Source: Candidatus Cloacimonadales bacterium
GTDB lineage: Bacteria > Cloacimonadota > Cloacimonadia > Cloacimonadales > JAFGVF01
DNA: 64,000 bases
Reading direction: 5' to 3'
Assembly (NCBI GenBank): GCA_963663475.2
Contig: CAXXJV010000002.1
Span: forward strand, 288,001-352,000
Part shown: positions 12,687 to 21,530 of the stretch, one piece after another
Layout: every line of letters starts with the position of its first letter
How positions within the stretch are numbered: the first letter of the stretch is position 1
The notes under the pieces: generated by a model
Seen by the model: only the letters and a program-made list of their open reading frames with translations
The model's database searches: none
What the model was told of the DNA's origin: nothing
Program-made: the position numbers and the translations under genes

Positions 12687-13850
12687 TCACAGTACTATTG
12701 CAGTATCATTAGGATCAATAATATAGTCGTCAGCAGGTTTAATTTTAATATTATCATTTTGGTTCATGAAGTTTATCTTCTTATTAGACTGTTGAAATTG
12801 TTGTTTAATAAAGAGGTCAATACTAGATGAATTATCTGAGAGGATGTCATCAATAGAAAATTCAGGTTGAATAGTAACAATACCAATTAAGATAAGTTTC
12901 TTCTCAGCTTTTAAGTAATCGAAAAGCTCTTTAAAAGTCTTACCAATAAAGTCACTCGGGATTTTAAACTCTTTAAAACTTGAGTTTTCATCACCCCTAA
13001 TTAGAGCTTGTAGGAAGTTAGGTATTGTAGGGTGAAGGGTTGAATTTGCTAAAATATCTCCTCCGATATCTTCATAGATAACAACATTCTGAATTTTATC
13101 ACGTTGGATACTAGGCAGGTATTTCTCATGCCTAAGCTGTAGGTTTATCTGCCCCTTAACTTTTAGAAAACTAATATTATGGGCAGCTATAATAGTTCTT
13201 TCATCTGATGGTACACCTTCTGTACAGCTCTCATCAAAGAGAATGATTATTTGATCTGCATCTTTTATATTAGCCCTGTTTAAAATTTCTTGATTAGTAA
13301 AATCACCTCTAATGAATTTAATATCTATAAGCTCATAATGATTTCTTATTGTAGAAACACGACTTTCTTCTAACTCATTAATCAGAACCACTGTAAGAGA
13401 AGCCTGATCTTTATGGTCAACTAAAAACTTAAGAATTCTTTTTGCACTATTATTCCAGCCACAAATCACAATGTGATTTCTTAATTTAATTTTATTCAAA
13501 CCTTTCCTCTCTTTAATTTTCTGGTCAATAAAGTTACTAGCTATATAGGCTGTGAAAGTGGAAAAAATGATAAAGCCTGCTATAATTATAACAATACCCA
13601 GCAGTCTCCCCATAATCGTTACAGGGTAATAATCACCATATCCTACCGTAGTAATGGTTACAATAGTCCACCATACAGCATCAAAAAAAGATTTAATCTT
13701 AACTGTTGGATCACTGTCTTTACCTTCAATAAAGGTAATAATGAAAGCACTTATCAAAATTAAGATAATAATAAGTGAGAATATCTTTGCTAAATCTAAG
13801 AATTTTCTATTATTATTTAAGAATTTTAGCAGACTATTTTTGTGTTTCAT
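12687..13850 (-). CDS. Potassium channel with RCK/TrkA-N domain
   Basis: WWTIVTITTVGYGD selectivity filter; HIVICGW RCK domain. Confidence 0.92.
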   Translation of the reverse strand: MKHKNSLLKFLNNNRKFLDLAKIFSLIIILILISAFIITFIEGKDSDPTVKIKSFFDAVWWTIVTITTVGYGDYYPVTIMGRLLGIVIIIAGFIIFSTFTAYIASNFIDQKIKERKGLNKIKLRNHIVICGWNNSAKRILKFLVDHKDQASLTVVLINELEESRVSTIRNHYELIDIKFIRGDFTNQEILNRANIKDADQIIILFDESCTEGVPSDERTIIAAHNISFLKVKGQINLQLRHEKYLPSIQRDKIQNVVIYEDIGGDILANSTLHPTIPNFLQALIRGDENSSFKEFKIPSDFIGKTFKELFDYLKAEKKLILIGIVTIQPEFSIDDILSDNSSSIDLFIKQQFQQSNKKINFMNQNDNIKIKPADDYIIDPNDTAIVL

Positions 13851-13913
13851 TATACCTCTAAGTCATTATGTTATAGATAAATTACAATGTTTATTCAAAA
13901 AAGCAATAGAATT

Positions 13914-14273
13914 TTAAATCAAATAATTAATAACTTCTTTTAAATTGTCTCTATTATCTATTATTTTGTGTTTATTATGGATAGCACTATCTATAATTTT
14001 CTCCAAATCCTCTTCTGGACAAATCTCAAATAAGGAATGTTTAATTTCAAAACAAGAGTTAGAAATCACTATGATAATAGATCTGGGTAAGGCCAGTTTG
14101 GTTAAGACTAACTTAGTCTCAAGCTCTTTGTTGCTTAAAAGATGGTCAGGGAGGATTATAATTGAATCCTCTCTTAACCATTTTATAAGTTCTTGATAAG
14201 TCTGGAATTCTTTATGAAACCAGGGTAAGTTTTTAGGTCTATACTTATAGTCTAAAGTTAATATTGCTGGCAT
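13914..14273 (-). CDS. Hypothetical protein
   Basis: 119-aa ORF tightly coupled to the upstream kinase gene. Confidence 0.55.
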   Translation of the reverse strand: MPAILTLDYKYRPKNLPWFHKEFQTYQELIKWLREDSIIILPDHLLSNKELETKLVLTKLALPRSIIIVISNSCFEIKHSLFEICPEEDLEKIIDSAIHNKHKIIDNRDNLKEVINYLI

Positions 14274-14277
14274 AAAT

Positions 14278-15939
14278 CTATCCTATAAAAACAGATCCCC
14301 CAATAAATTCTCTCAAAATTGAATTATTGGGAACTAATTTTTCTGGAATATCTTTAATAAAACTTAAGAGCACTAGCAGTCTTTGCGCCTCAGTATAATT
14401 TGGAGAAGACTCAGGTATCTTCTTAAGCTCCTTATAAGCATGACTTTTCAAACAACCTAGTTCATAAGTTAAACCACTATTGAAAATATAATCTGCATTC
14501 TCTTGATAAGGGAAGATATTTCTATTTTCTCCATCACGAACAGACTGCCATCTTGACAGAGTTTCGTTAGCACTGTAACCTCGATAATAATAATCACGGA
14601 CAGATCTTCTAAGCTTACGGCAGTCAGTTGTTGGGATTCTATTATGATTATCAATATTTAGCTGATTTAAAGCTGTGACATAGATCTTAACTTTCGTATC
14701 ATCTGGTATTTGGGCAGTTAATTCAGGATTTAAACCATGAATACCCTCCATAACGATAACATTTTCATCTGTTAATCGAACAAATTTACCACTCTTCTCA
14801 GAAAGTCCTCTACCAAAGTTATATTTGGGAAGTTCAACTACCTGACCAGCTAATAACTTTTTAAGGTGGTCATTTAACATATCAAGGTCGAGGGCATGAA
14901 TTGATTCAAAATCAAACTCACCATTAGGTAAAATAGGTGTTCTGTCCCTACTCATAAAGTAATCATCTAAACCAATTACAATAGGCTTAAGTCCTGAAAC
15001 TAAAAGTTGAACTGCTAATCTATGGGAAAAAGTTGTTTTACCAGAAGAAGAAGGACCAGCTATCAGGATAATCTTCTTATTTGTTTGGGCAATATTTTCT
15101 GCTATGTTAGCTATTTTCTTTTCGTGTAGGGCTTCTTCATGCAGAATAAAGTTTCCGATTTCATATTTATCTATTAATTTATTGATATCAATAATATTAT
15201 GAACTTTAAGGTTATTTAACCATTTATCATGTAATTGATGGGCAGCAAATACCTTTTCTGAGAAATGGATGTTCTCTCTCATGGTAAAAGTACCCCTCTG
15301 TGGGAATCTAAGTATTAGGCCAGGTGCTTGGTAATCAACTTTAAAAACAGGTACATTCTTGGTATTATCTGCTAAAGGTCTTGAATAAAAGTCATAGTAT
15401 TCACCACACTTGTATAAATAAACTTCTCTATCTGAGTAATAATCAAGATTTTTTATAAGATCTTTTCTTCCTTGCCTAGTAAGAATTTCTTTAGCTTCAT
15501 CCCAGGAGAATTTTAACTTATCAATCCAAAGTCCCTTTTTAACTATCTTTTCCATCTCATCTTGAATAAGATAAATATATCTCTCTGAATAATCTTCTAA
15601 GCCAAATAGCTCACAAAAAACACCATCATCTATTGAATGTTCAACAACTAATTGCACCTTGTCAGCAAAGAGATTATAAATAGCTTTGGTAAGAATAAAA
15701 ATAGCTGAATCTTGATAGATTCTTTTACCCTCTATATGATTGTAAGTAATACAGTTAATCTTGCAATCTTCACTTACAATAAAGTTGTCATTCTGGTATT
15801 TCTTACTGTTTATTTTGAATGAGAGTACCTCATCATAATTCTCAACAAAACCATTTACTATTTCTCTTATGGTGTTAGATGTTTCTATTTCTAATCTTTT
15901 AACTTCTATATCATCTTTATAAAGCTCTATATTAATCAT
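14278..15939 (-). CDS. udk: Nucleoside (uridine) kinase with ThrRS-like N-terminal domain
   Basis: IAGPSSSGKTT Walker A, LDDYF, MEGIHGLN, SILREFIGGS C-terminus. Confidence 0.85.
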   Translation of the reverse strand: MINIELYKDDIEVKRLEIETSNTIREIVNGFVENYDEVLSFKINSKKYQNDNFIVSEDCKINCITYNHIEGKRIYQDSAIFILTKAIYNLFADKVQLVVEHSIDDGVFCELFGLEDYSERYIYLIQDEMEKIVKKGLWIDKLKFSWDEAKEILTRQGRKDLIKNLDYYSDREVYLYKCGEYYDFYSRPLADNTKNVPVFKVDYQAPGLILRFPQRGTFTMRENIHFSEKVFAAHQLHDKWLNNLKVHNIIDINKLIDKYEIGNFILHEEALHEKKIANIAENIAQTNKKIILIAGPSSSGKTTFSHRLAVQLLVSGLKPIVIGLDDYFMSRDRTPILPNGEFDFESIHALDLDMLNDHLKKLLAGQVVELPKYNFGRGLSEKSGKFVRLTDENVIVMEGIHGLNPELTAQIPDDTKVKIYVTALNQLNIDNHNRIPTTDCRKLRRSVRDYYYRGYSANETLSRWQSVRDGENRNIFPYQENADYIFNSGLTYELGCLKSHAYKELKKIPESSPNYTEAQRLLVLLSFIKDIPEKLVPNNSILREFIGGSVFIG

Positions 15940-16098
15940 TTAGTCCTCCATATAGTAAATTTTACATCATAATAATAAGCAAAATCAAGTTTCTAACATG
16001 ATTATTTTTATGGCAAGTATTATTTTTAGATATTTGCAATCAAAATACAGACATGTTTTTTTTAGTATTTGATTAATTTTCTTAGAAAAGTGAAAAAC

Positions 16099-16221
16099 TA
16101 TGCACTTTGAAATTAAATTGCAGTGAATGAGAAATTATTTTGCAGTTTAGTCAAAAGTACACTGTTGAGAAATTAAATTGCAGTTTAGTTCTAGGATTTA
16201 GAAATTAAATTGCAGTTTAGT
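16099..16221 (+). repeat. Left end: 53-bp TIR (16099-16151) with four GAAATTAWWTTGCAGT motifs in 16109-16216
   Basis: Motifs start at 16109, 16131, 16169, 16201; putative transposase binding sites. Confidence 0.9.
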
Positions 16222-16225
16222 TTAT

Positions 16226-16681
16226 TCAAAAGTTATTTTTTTGTAGTTTAATAATCAAATCTTTACACTCTAAAAGTTCTCTTAACCTGGTAAATAATTC
16301 TTGATTAAGTTCTTGATTTTTGTTTGAAAGGATAGAGCATTCTTTTTCAGACTCTTCAATGCTTTTTTTTAAGTCATTACAGACCTTTTCCAGCTGATCA
16401 TAACGTCTTCTTAAGTTAATTAACTCACTATTATCTATCCTCTTCTCCTGGGGCTCTTTATTATCCGATAAAAACATCTCTCCCTTACCTGTTAATAACC
16501 AATCCAAAGACACTTTAAAATGTTCGGATATAAGAATAGCCGCCTTTGTTGAAGGCATATTTTTATTATTTTCAATGTCAGAAAGGTTACCTGGGCTAAT
16601 GCCAATAGACTTAGCTAACTTAGTTAAAGATAAACTATTACGCCTCCTTAAATCTTTAATACGAGAACCTATATTTTCCAT
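16226..16681 (-). CDS. Prophage repressor, XRE HTH plus C-terminal coiled coil
   Basis: IGSRIKDLRRRNSLSLTKLAKSIGISPGNLSDIEN..SLDWLLTGKGEM; AAAGGA RBS before ATG 16681. Confidence 0.88.
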   Translation of the reverse strand: MENIGSRIKDLRRRNSLSLTKLAKSIGISPGNLSDIENNKNMPSTKAAILISEHFKVSLDWLLTGKGEMFLSDNKEPQEKRIDNSELINLRRRYDQLEKVCNDLKKSIEESEKECSILSNKNQELNQELFTRLRELLECKDLIIKLQKNNF

Positions 16682-16689
16682 TTTTGTTC

Positions 16690-16771
16690 CTTTTTCCGAA
16701 TATTTATCTTGACACATTCTTATTTCCGAATAATCTTGGTTTTAGAATAAAACAAAAAAGGAATCTGTCAA
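16690..16771. promoter_or_regulatory. Lysis/lysogeny switch: overlapping divergent promoters with repeated operator-like TTTCCGAATA
   Basis: TTGACA at 16709 (+) and 16766-16771 (-); TTTCCGAATA at 16693 and 16723. Confidence 0.6.
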
Positions 16772-16965
16772 TGAAAAAAACAGAAAAGAGAAAAGTAGCA
16801 GAAGTGTTAAGAGCTTACAGAGCCATTAACAGGCTTTCCCAGGGAGAGTTTGGAAAACTATGTGACTTAACCCAGATGACAGTTTCTTTAATAGAGAATG
16901 AAAGATTCGAAAGGGTATCACTAGACACAATAAAGAAGGTAGAGGATTATGTGGCTCACCACTAA
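16771..16965 (+). CDS. Cro/Ner-like HTH regulator
   Basis: LRAYRAINRLSQGEFGKLCDLTQMTVSLIENE; divergent from the repressor. Confidence 0.8.
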   Translation: MKKTEKRKVAEVLRAYRAINRLSQGEFGKLCDLTQMTVSLIENERFERVSLDTIKKVEDYVAHH

Positions 16966-18994
16966 AGAAGCTGCTAAAAAATTAGGTATATCAACAAAAA
17001 CTATTAGAAGACGGATTTCTAATGGCGAATTGAAGACTAAATATGAAACAATCTATAAAAATGGAAGTGGAATAAAGACTCAATTTATATATGTCTTTTT
17101 TGATGAAAATAATCAGATGGACACTTCAAAAAAATCAGATGGACATCAGATGGACACTTCAAAAAAATCAGATGGACATCAGATGGACACTTCAAAAAAA
17201 TCAGATGGACATCAGATGGACACTTCAAAAAAATCAGATGGACATCAGATGGACACTTCTATCACCCCCCAAATCCAACCCTTAACCCTTCCTCCAATTT
17301 TATCAGATTATGGTCCTGATTTTTTCATTAAGCGGACATCTGGTTCCATGCGGGACAAGTTAATCGAGACATATTTAAATTTAAGTCGAGATGAGAAGAG
17401 TCAAGTTTTGGGATATGTCAGGCAGTTCATGAGTGAGCGAACCTGGTATAGTTGGGTAAGCCGATATAGGAATAGGGGTCATTTAAAGAGAAAGGTAAGA
17501 GCAGATAGGGGTAAAAGCCGTAAAGAGCTTCCTACTTTTATGCAGGAGTTATTGCAGGCAATTCTTATTTCTCATCCTCAATGGAATGTTCAGAAGGCTT
17601 ACGAGGATATGAAGCTATTGGCAGTCAATGGGGACTTAGTAGATTATTATACTGGTGAAGTATATGAAGATGTAAGTGAGTATTTGGTCCGTGAATGGAT
17701 AAAGACTTCGATCGTTCGTGATAGATGGTATTTCAGGTGGTATCCTAAGAGCAGGCGAAATCTTTATACCAGTATGAGTCATGCTCGAGGAATAAACCCA
17801 CCTAACACGGTATGGATGATAGATGATCATGACCAGGATGTATTAGTATGGAGTAAAGACAAGGATGGAAATGACAGGCAAATCAGGCCAAAGGTAATTC
17901 GTTCCTTGGATCCAGAGACTAATATGATAATGGGCTGGTGCATGACAGATGACACATATGGTTCTATTGAGATAAAGACAGCTATCATAGATGGAATAAT
18001 CAAGCATAGATGTATTCCTAAGCAGATATATTTAGAATGTGATAAAAGAATGCGGGAAAGCGGATTGATTGAAGGTTTAGAGAAGTTAGGAATAGAAGTA
18101 ATAGGAACTCCTTACAATCCGACAGCTAAGGTTAATGTAGAGCGAAGTTTTGGCAATGACAGGATGGAGCTTGATAGCAAGTATGATTCTTATATTAACC
18201 ACAACACAGTTGAGCGTCCAGATGATGCAGACAGAAGAGTTTTCACCAATTACGAGGAGTATTTCCAGGATTATGCAGATTATGTAGAGCATTGGAATAC
18301 CCAGCGACCAAGTATCTTCAGGGGCAAGATAAAAATGACTCCTGTAGATATGTGGAATGCCTGGATAAAGAGAGGTTGGAAACCTGAAATGTTACCAATG
18401 AATGTAATTGACCATATTCCTTACTGGTTTGGCAAGAAAGAAGTAAGGGTAGTTCAGGGTGGTAGAGTAAGATTTACTATAGATGGTGAGCAGTTCTACT
18501 ATTTAGGAGAGTGCTTAATGCAACTTCCTAATGGAACCCCTGTAGATATAAGAAGAAAGTTTAATGATCCTCGAGAGGGTTATGTATATATAGGTAATGA
18601 GAATTTAGGCAAGATATTCTTACAAGAGAAAGTAGGTTATGGATTCTTAGAGTTCTCACAACCGGAAGCTGTGAAAATGGTACAAGGATTTAATCTCATG
18701 AGAACCAAGTTATTGAAGGTTAATGATGAAGATTATCCATTTATCAAATCTTATCTTAATAGAATTGAGGAACTTAGCAAGTCACAAATCAAAGACGCAA
18801 CTATGTTAATCCCCAATAAGATCATTCGTTTCATCAACGAAAAGACAGGTTCAGCTTTAGAAGTATCTGAGAAGATGCGACAAGAAGAAGTATCAGTTCT
18901 TAAGGTTAAGAGTGGTTTAACTAGGAAGATGGATAGTAAGGTGAATGATTTGGATGATGAAATTAGTGCCTTATTGGGAGGAAGTGGAGAGTGA
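16949..18994 (+). CDS. MuA-like DDE transposase
   Basis: N-terminal HTH (WLTTKEAAKKLGISTKTIRRR), RADRGKSR, WMIDDH, YNPTAKVNVERSFG, HWNTQRP, C-terminal beta-barrel (RVVQGGRVRF...FYY). Confidence 0.88.
   Translation: MWLTTKEAAKKLGISTKTIRRRISNGELKTKYETIYKNGSGIKTQFIYVFFDENNQMDTSKKSDGHQMDTSKKSDGHQMDTSKKSDGHQMDTSKKSDGHQMDTSITPQIQPLTLPPILSDYGPDFFIKRTSGSMRDKLIETYLNLSRDEKSQVLGYVRQFMSERTWYSWVSRYRNRGHLKRKVRADRGKSRKELPTFMQELLQAILISHPQWNVQKAYEDMKLLAVNGDLVDYYTGEVYEDVSEYLVREWIKTSIVRDRWYFRWYPKSRRNLYTSMSHARGINPPNTVWMIDDHDQDVLVWSKDKDGNDRQIRPKVIRSLDPETNMIMGWCMTDDTYGSIEIKTAIIDGIIKHRCIPKQIYLECDKRMRESGLIEGLEKLGIEVIGTPYNPTAKVNVERSFGNDRMELDSKYDSYINHNTVERPDDADRRVFTNYEEYFQDYADYVEHWNTQRPSIFRGKIKMTPVDMWNAWIKRGWKPEMLPMNVIDHIPYWFGKKEVRVVQGGRVRFTIDGEQFYYLGECLMQLPNGTPVDIRRKFNDPREGYVYIGNENLGKIFLQEKVGYGFLEFSQPEAVKMVQGFNLMRTKLLKVNDEDYPFIKSYLNRIEELSKSQIKDATMLIPNKIIRFINEKTGSALEVSEKMRQEEVSVLKVKSGLTRKMDSKVNDLDDEISALLGGSGE
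17114..17259 (+). repeat. In-frame 33-bp tandem repeat, 4.4 copies (QMDTSKKSDGH)
   Basis: Unit CAGATGGACACTTCAAAAAAATCAGATGGACAT. Confidence 0.95.
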
Positions 18995-19054
18995 TTTTGA
19001 ATTGAGAATAAAGGGATATTTGAACAGAGAATAGAGTGATTAAGAGTGAGAAAT

Positions 19055-19167
19055 GTAGGGGCGAAACATCTTTCGCCCAATTAAGAAACCACCCCGTCTT
19101 GGAAATACCAAGACACCCCTCCACAGAGGGGAATTAAGAATGCCGGCAAGATGCCAGCGTTCCCAGT
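19055..19167. repeat. Cluster of three different REP-like palindromes after the transposase
   Basis: GTAGGGGCGAAA..TTTCGCCC; ACCACCCCGTC..CCCCTCCACAGAGGGGAATT; TGCCGGCAAGATGCCAGCGTTCCCAGT. Confidence 0.85.
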
Positions 19168-19185
19168 AAAATAAGGAGTAAGAGA

Positions 19186-19458
19186 ATGGAATTAGAAGTA
19201 ATATTAAAAGAATGGGAAGATGAAGTAAGTGATTTATACAAGTTACTTCAGCAGGATGAGGAAGAGAAGAAGAAGATCAATCTCAAAATGAAAGAGAGTG
19301 AACTAGGTCAACAACGATTGGAGTTAACCAGGAGAATTAAAAAGATAAAAGGCTTAATTGAGCAAAGACGCTTTGAGATATCCGGGTTAAAGAAAGCTGA
19401 ACAAAGGCTTAAAGGCAAGGTAAAGGCAAAGAGGCGATTAACCATAGGAGAAAATTAA
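19186..19458 (+). CDS. Phage coiled-coil hypothetical protein
   Basis: AAGGAG RBS, 90 aa, heptad pattern. Confidence 0.7.
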   Translation: MELEVILKEWEDEVSDLYKLLQQDEEEKKKINLKMKESELGQQRLELTRRIKKIKGLIEQRRFEISGLKKAEQRLKGKVKAKRRLTIGEN

Positions 19459-19462
19459 GGCA

Positions 19463-19648
19463 ATGCTATGCAGGTACTGTAATGGGAAGTTAAAGGTAAT
19501 TAAGACCGAGTGTAATGATAGTGGAGTAATGCGAATAAGACGCTGTAATGATTGCGGAATGGTAATCACTACCTTTGAGAAAAACAGTCAGGAGAAAAGA
19601 GCCAATGGAAAGAAAAGCAGCAATAAGGCTGATTTGGCACAAAAGTAA
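19463..19648 (+). CDS. Zinc-ribbon protein (Ogr/Delta- or NrdR-N-like), candidate transcription regulator
   Basis: CRYC-x20-RRCNDCGMVITTFE. Confidence 0.6.
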   Translation: MLCRYCNGKLKVIKTECNDSGVMRIRRCNDCGMVITTFEKNSQEKRANGKKSSNKADLAQK

Positions 19649-20006
19649 AGACATGGGATGGACACCTGAAGAGCTTCATCAGCAGATAGGTAGTCTAAAC
19701 ATGGTTCGATTTGATAGGATAAGCTGTTGTTCAGGACGGGAGTTATCTCTAATCCTGAACCAGCTTTTTCAGGTTCAAGCATTTGTGGCAGACAGTAAAT
19801 CGGTAAGATATTTGAAGTATCTGTGTAAAGATAATGATAATAAGGAGACCTTGAAAGGTATTCTTAAGCGTTGGAAAAAGCAAAGTGTATATCAAATGAA
19901 TAACAAGCAATTAGCGTTTGCTATATCGTTTTTAAAGGGAGATGAGACTGGAGTTAGGAGTGAGGAGTTGAAGAGGCTCACCACAGAGAACACAGAGAAG
20001 AATTGA
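19605..20006 (+). CDS. GemA/Mu gp16-like protein
   Basis: AIRLIWHKSKDMGWTPEELHQQI..S..ELSLILNQL resembles the GemA N-terminus; Mu-like early context. Confidence 0.5.
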   Translation: MERKAAIRLIWHKSKDMGWTPEELHQQIGSLNMVRFDRISCCSGRELSLILNQLFQVQAFVADSKSVRYLKYLCKDNDNKETLKGILKRWKKQSVYQMNNKQLAFAISFLKGDETGVRSEELKRLTTENTEKN

Positions 20007-20080
20007 GAATTGAGAGTTGAGAGTTGAGAATTTCCTCACACGAAGACACGAAGACACGAAGAAAAAAAAGGAGTAAAATT

Positions 20081-20305
20081 ATGACTATATTTTTATTATT
20101 CACCACGATGGTATTAGCAATAATGCTTACTTTATCATTTTTCGGTTCAACAGGCCGAATATCAGAATTAGAAGAGAAGAACTTTCTTTTAAAGAGTGAG
20201 AACTATCAATTAAAGCAGAAGTTTAACCAATCACAAGACAAGCTAAAGCTTATAAAAGTTCAAGCTAAGAAATTGAGAAATATTCAGAAGTATAGGGGGT
20301 GCTAA
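20081..20305 (+). CDS. Membrane-anchored coiled-coil phage protein
   Basis: AGGAG RBS, N-terminal TM helix followed by heptad repeats. Confidence 0.65.
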   Translation: MTIFLLFTTMVLAIMLTLSFFGSTGRISELEEKNFLLKSENYQLKQKFNQSQDKLKLIKVQAKKLRNIQKYRGC

Positions 20306-20536
20306 ATGGCTGCTTTGCATAAAGCCTTAGTACAGAATGACGGTATATACTGTAATGGCACCTGGTATTATCATAAGGATATCTTAGTGAAAATGGGCCA
20401 AGAGTGCCTGGTGGAGAAAACAGGATTAGGAGAAAGAGCTAATATTTATGATTTAGAAGGTGAGAGATGGGATGGCCAAGCCCAAGCCGTGGTAACGGTG
20501 AGTGTTAAGCCTTTGAAGAGAGGAGTTAGGAAATGA
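20306..20536 (+). CDS. Stand-alone Mu transposase C-terminal-domain-like protein
   Basis: VQNDGIYCNGTWYYHKDILVKMGQECLV...ANIYDLEG pattern. Confidence 0.55.
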   Translation: MAALHKALVQNDGIYCNGTWYYHKDILVKMGQECLVEKTGLGERANIYDLEGERWDGQAQAVVTVSVKPLKRGVRK

Positions 20537-20577
20537 AGTGCTTCACACGAAGGCACGAAGGCACGAAGAAGAAAAAC

Positions 20578-20622
20578 CCCTTAACACAGAGTTTCACAGA
20601 GGTTAAGAGGAGTTTCACAGAG
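20578..20622 (+). repeat. 45-bp repeat, identical copy at 28382-28426
   Basis: CCCTTAACACAGAGTTTCACAGAGGTTAAGAGGAGTTTCACAGAG. Confidence 0.9.
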
Positions 20623-20769
20623 GTTTGAGAGTGGAAAGGATATGAAAAGCGTACTGGAATACGCATTTATACAATTTTAGATATTAACAAATAAGTCAAG
20701 AAGAAATTAAGAATTAAAGAGAATGCGGGCAGGGATGCCCACGTTCCCAGTTAATTAAAGGAGAAAAAG

Positions 20770-21411
20770 ATGTTTAAGTTTTTAGAAGCACGAAAAGAGG
20801 GAAACAAGACTATCTTAAGCGTTCCCAGATGTTTATATGAAGATTTTAGAAATGAAATAATGTTATTAATACATGGTAGTTTACTTATCGTTAATGATCA
20901 TAAGGATTTCCAAAAACAGGTAGAAAAACTGGAAAGTTTTTTGAGTGGTTCGGATCTACATATTTCTCGAGATACTCTTTCGGTATATCTTGCTTACAGT
21001 AATTGTACGGAAATATATTTGACCACACACGGAGTAAAAAGGGGCTGTAAAATGAATGAAAAGGCCACAGCAGAAGCCATGAAAGATGTATTTCGTGCTT
21101 CTGATATTCTAGAAGTTCTTGAGCATTTTTCTGAAAGCTTTGATCAAAGTCTCTTACCCGGGTCAGAGGGTCAGAGAAAGTGTAATGAAAGCACCAGATT
21201 GTGTAAAGAACCAGCTGAGCAAAGCGAGAAGAGGAAGTCTTTGCTTGAATTTCTGCGACGTGATCTGGATGAAGCGATGAAAGCTTTAATACAAACCGGA
21301 CAGTATGCTTATATTTGGCAAGAGAATCTAATAGAGCTGTTTCGCCCGACACTAAACATAATTGATAAAGATGTTCCACCTGCTTCTCAGATAGAAGTGA
21401 AGATAGTTTAG
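20770..21411 (+). CDS. Hypothetical phage protein (overlaps an antisense ORF)
   Basis: AAGGAG RBS; 213-aa ORF; 3' part may be the shadow of the minus-strand gene. Confidence 0.5.
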   Translation: MFKFLEARKEGNKTILSVPRCLYEDFRNEIMLLIHGSLLIVNDHKDFQKQVEKLESFLSGSDLHISRDTLSVYLAYSNCTEIYLTTHGVKRGCKMNEKATAEAMKDVFRASDILEVLEHFSESFDQSLLPGSEGQRKCNESTRLCKEPAEQSEKRKSLLEFLRRDLDEAMKALIQTGQYAYIWQENLIELFRPTLNIIDKDVPPASQIEVKIV

Positions 21412-21457
21412 TAATAGCTTCAGCAACCCGCATTAGGTTGAGTTCATGTTGTTTCAT
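20891..21457 (-). CDS. Antisense moron, hypothetical protein
   Basis: AGGAGG RBS and own TTGACT promoter at about 21513 on the minus strand. Confidence 0.6.
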   Translation of the reverse strand: MKQHELNLMRVAEAITKLSSLLSEKQVEHLYQLCLVSGETALLDSLAKYKHTVRFVLKLSSLHPDHVAEIQAKTSSSRFAQLVLYTIWCFHYTFSDPLTRVRDFDQSFQKNAQELLEYQKHEIHLSWLLLWPFHSFYSPFLLRVWSNIFPYNYCKQDIPKEYLEKYVDPNHSKNFPVFLPVFGNPYDH

Positions 21458-21530
21458 GGGTTCCTCCTAAAGGTAAATTTACAAATAAATACAAGTATTA
21501 ACAAATAAGTCAAGGAAAAAGGAGAAAAAG

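Noticed and set aside
16101-16221. CRISPR-like repeats at the prophage ends (also 42835-42979)
   Set aside because: 16-bp motifs with short, partly repeated spacers, mirrored at both element ends; better explained as transposase binding sites
17114-17259. CRISPR array
   Set aside because: Units are contiguous identical repeats with no unique spacers, in frame in a CDS; no cas genes
17091-17285. 64-aa alternative-frame ORF in the transposase
   Set aside because: By-product of the 33-bp repeat; no RBS
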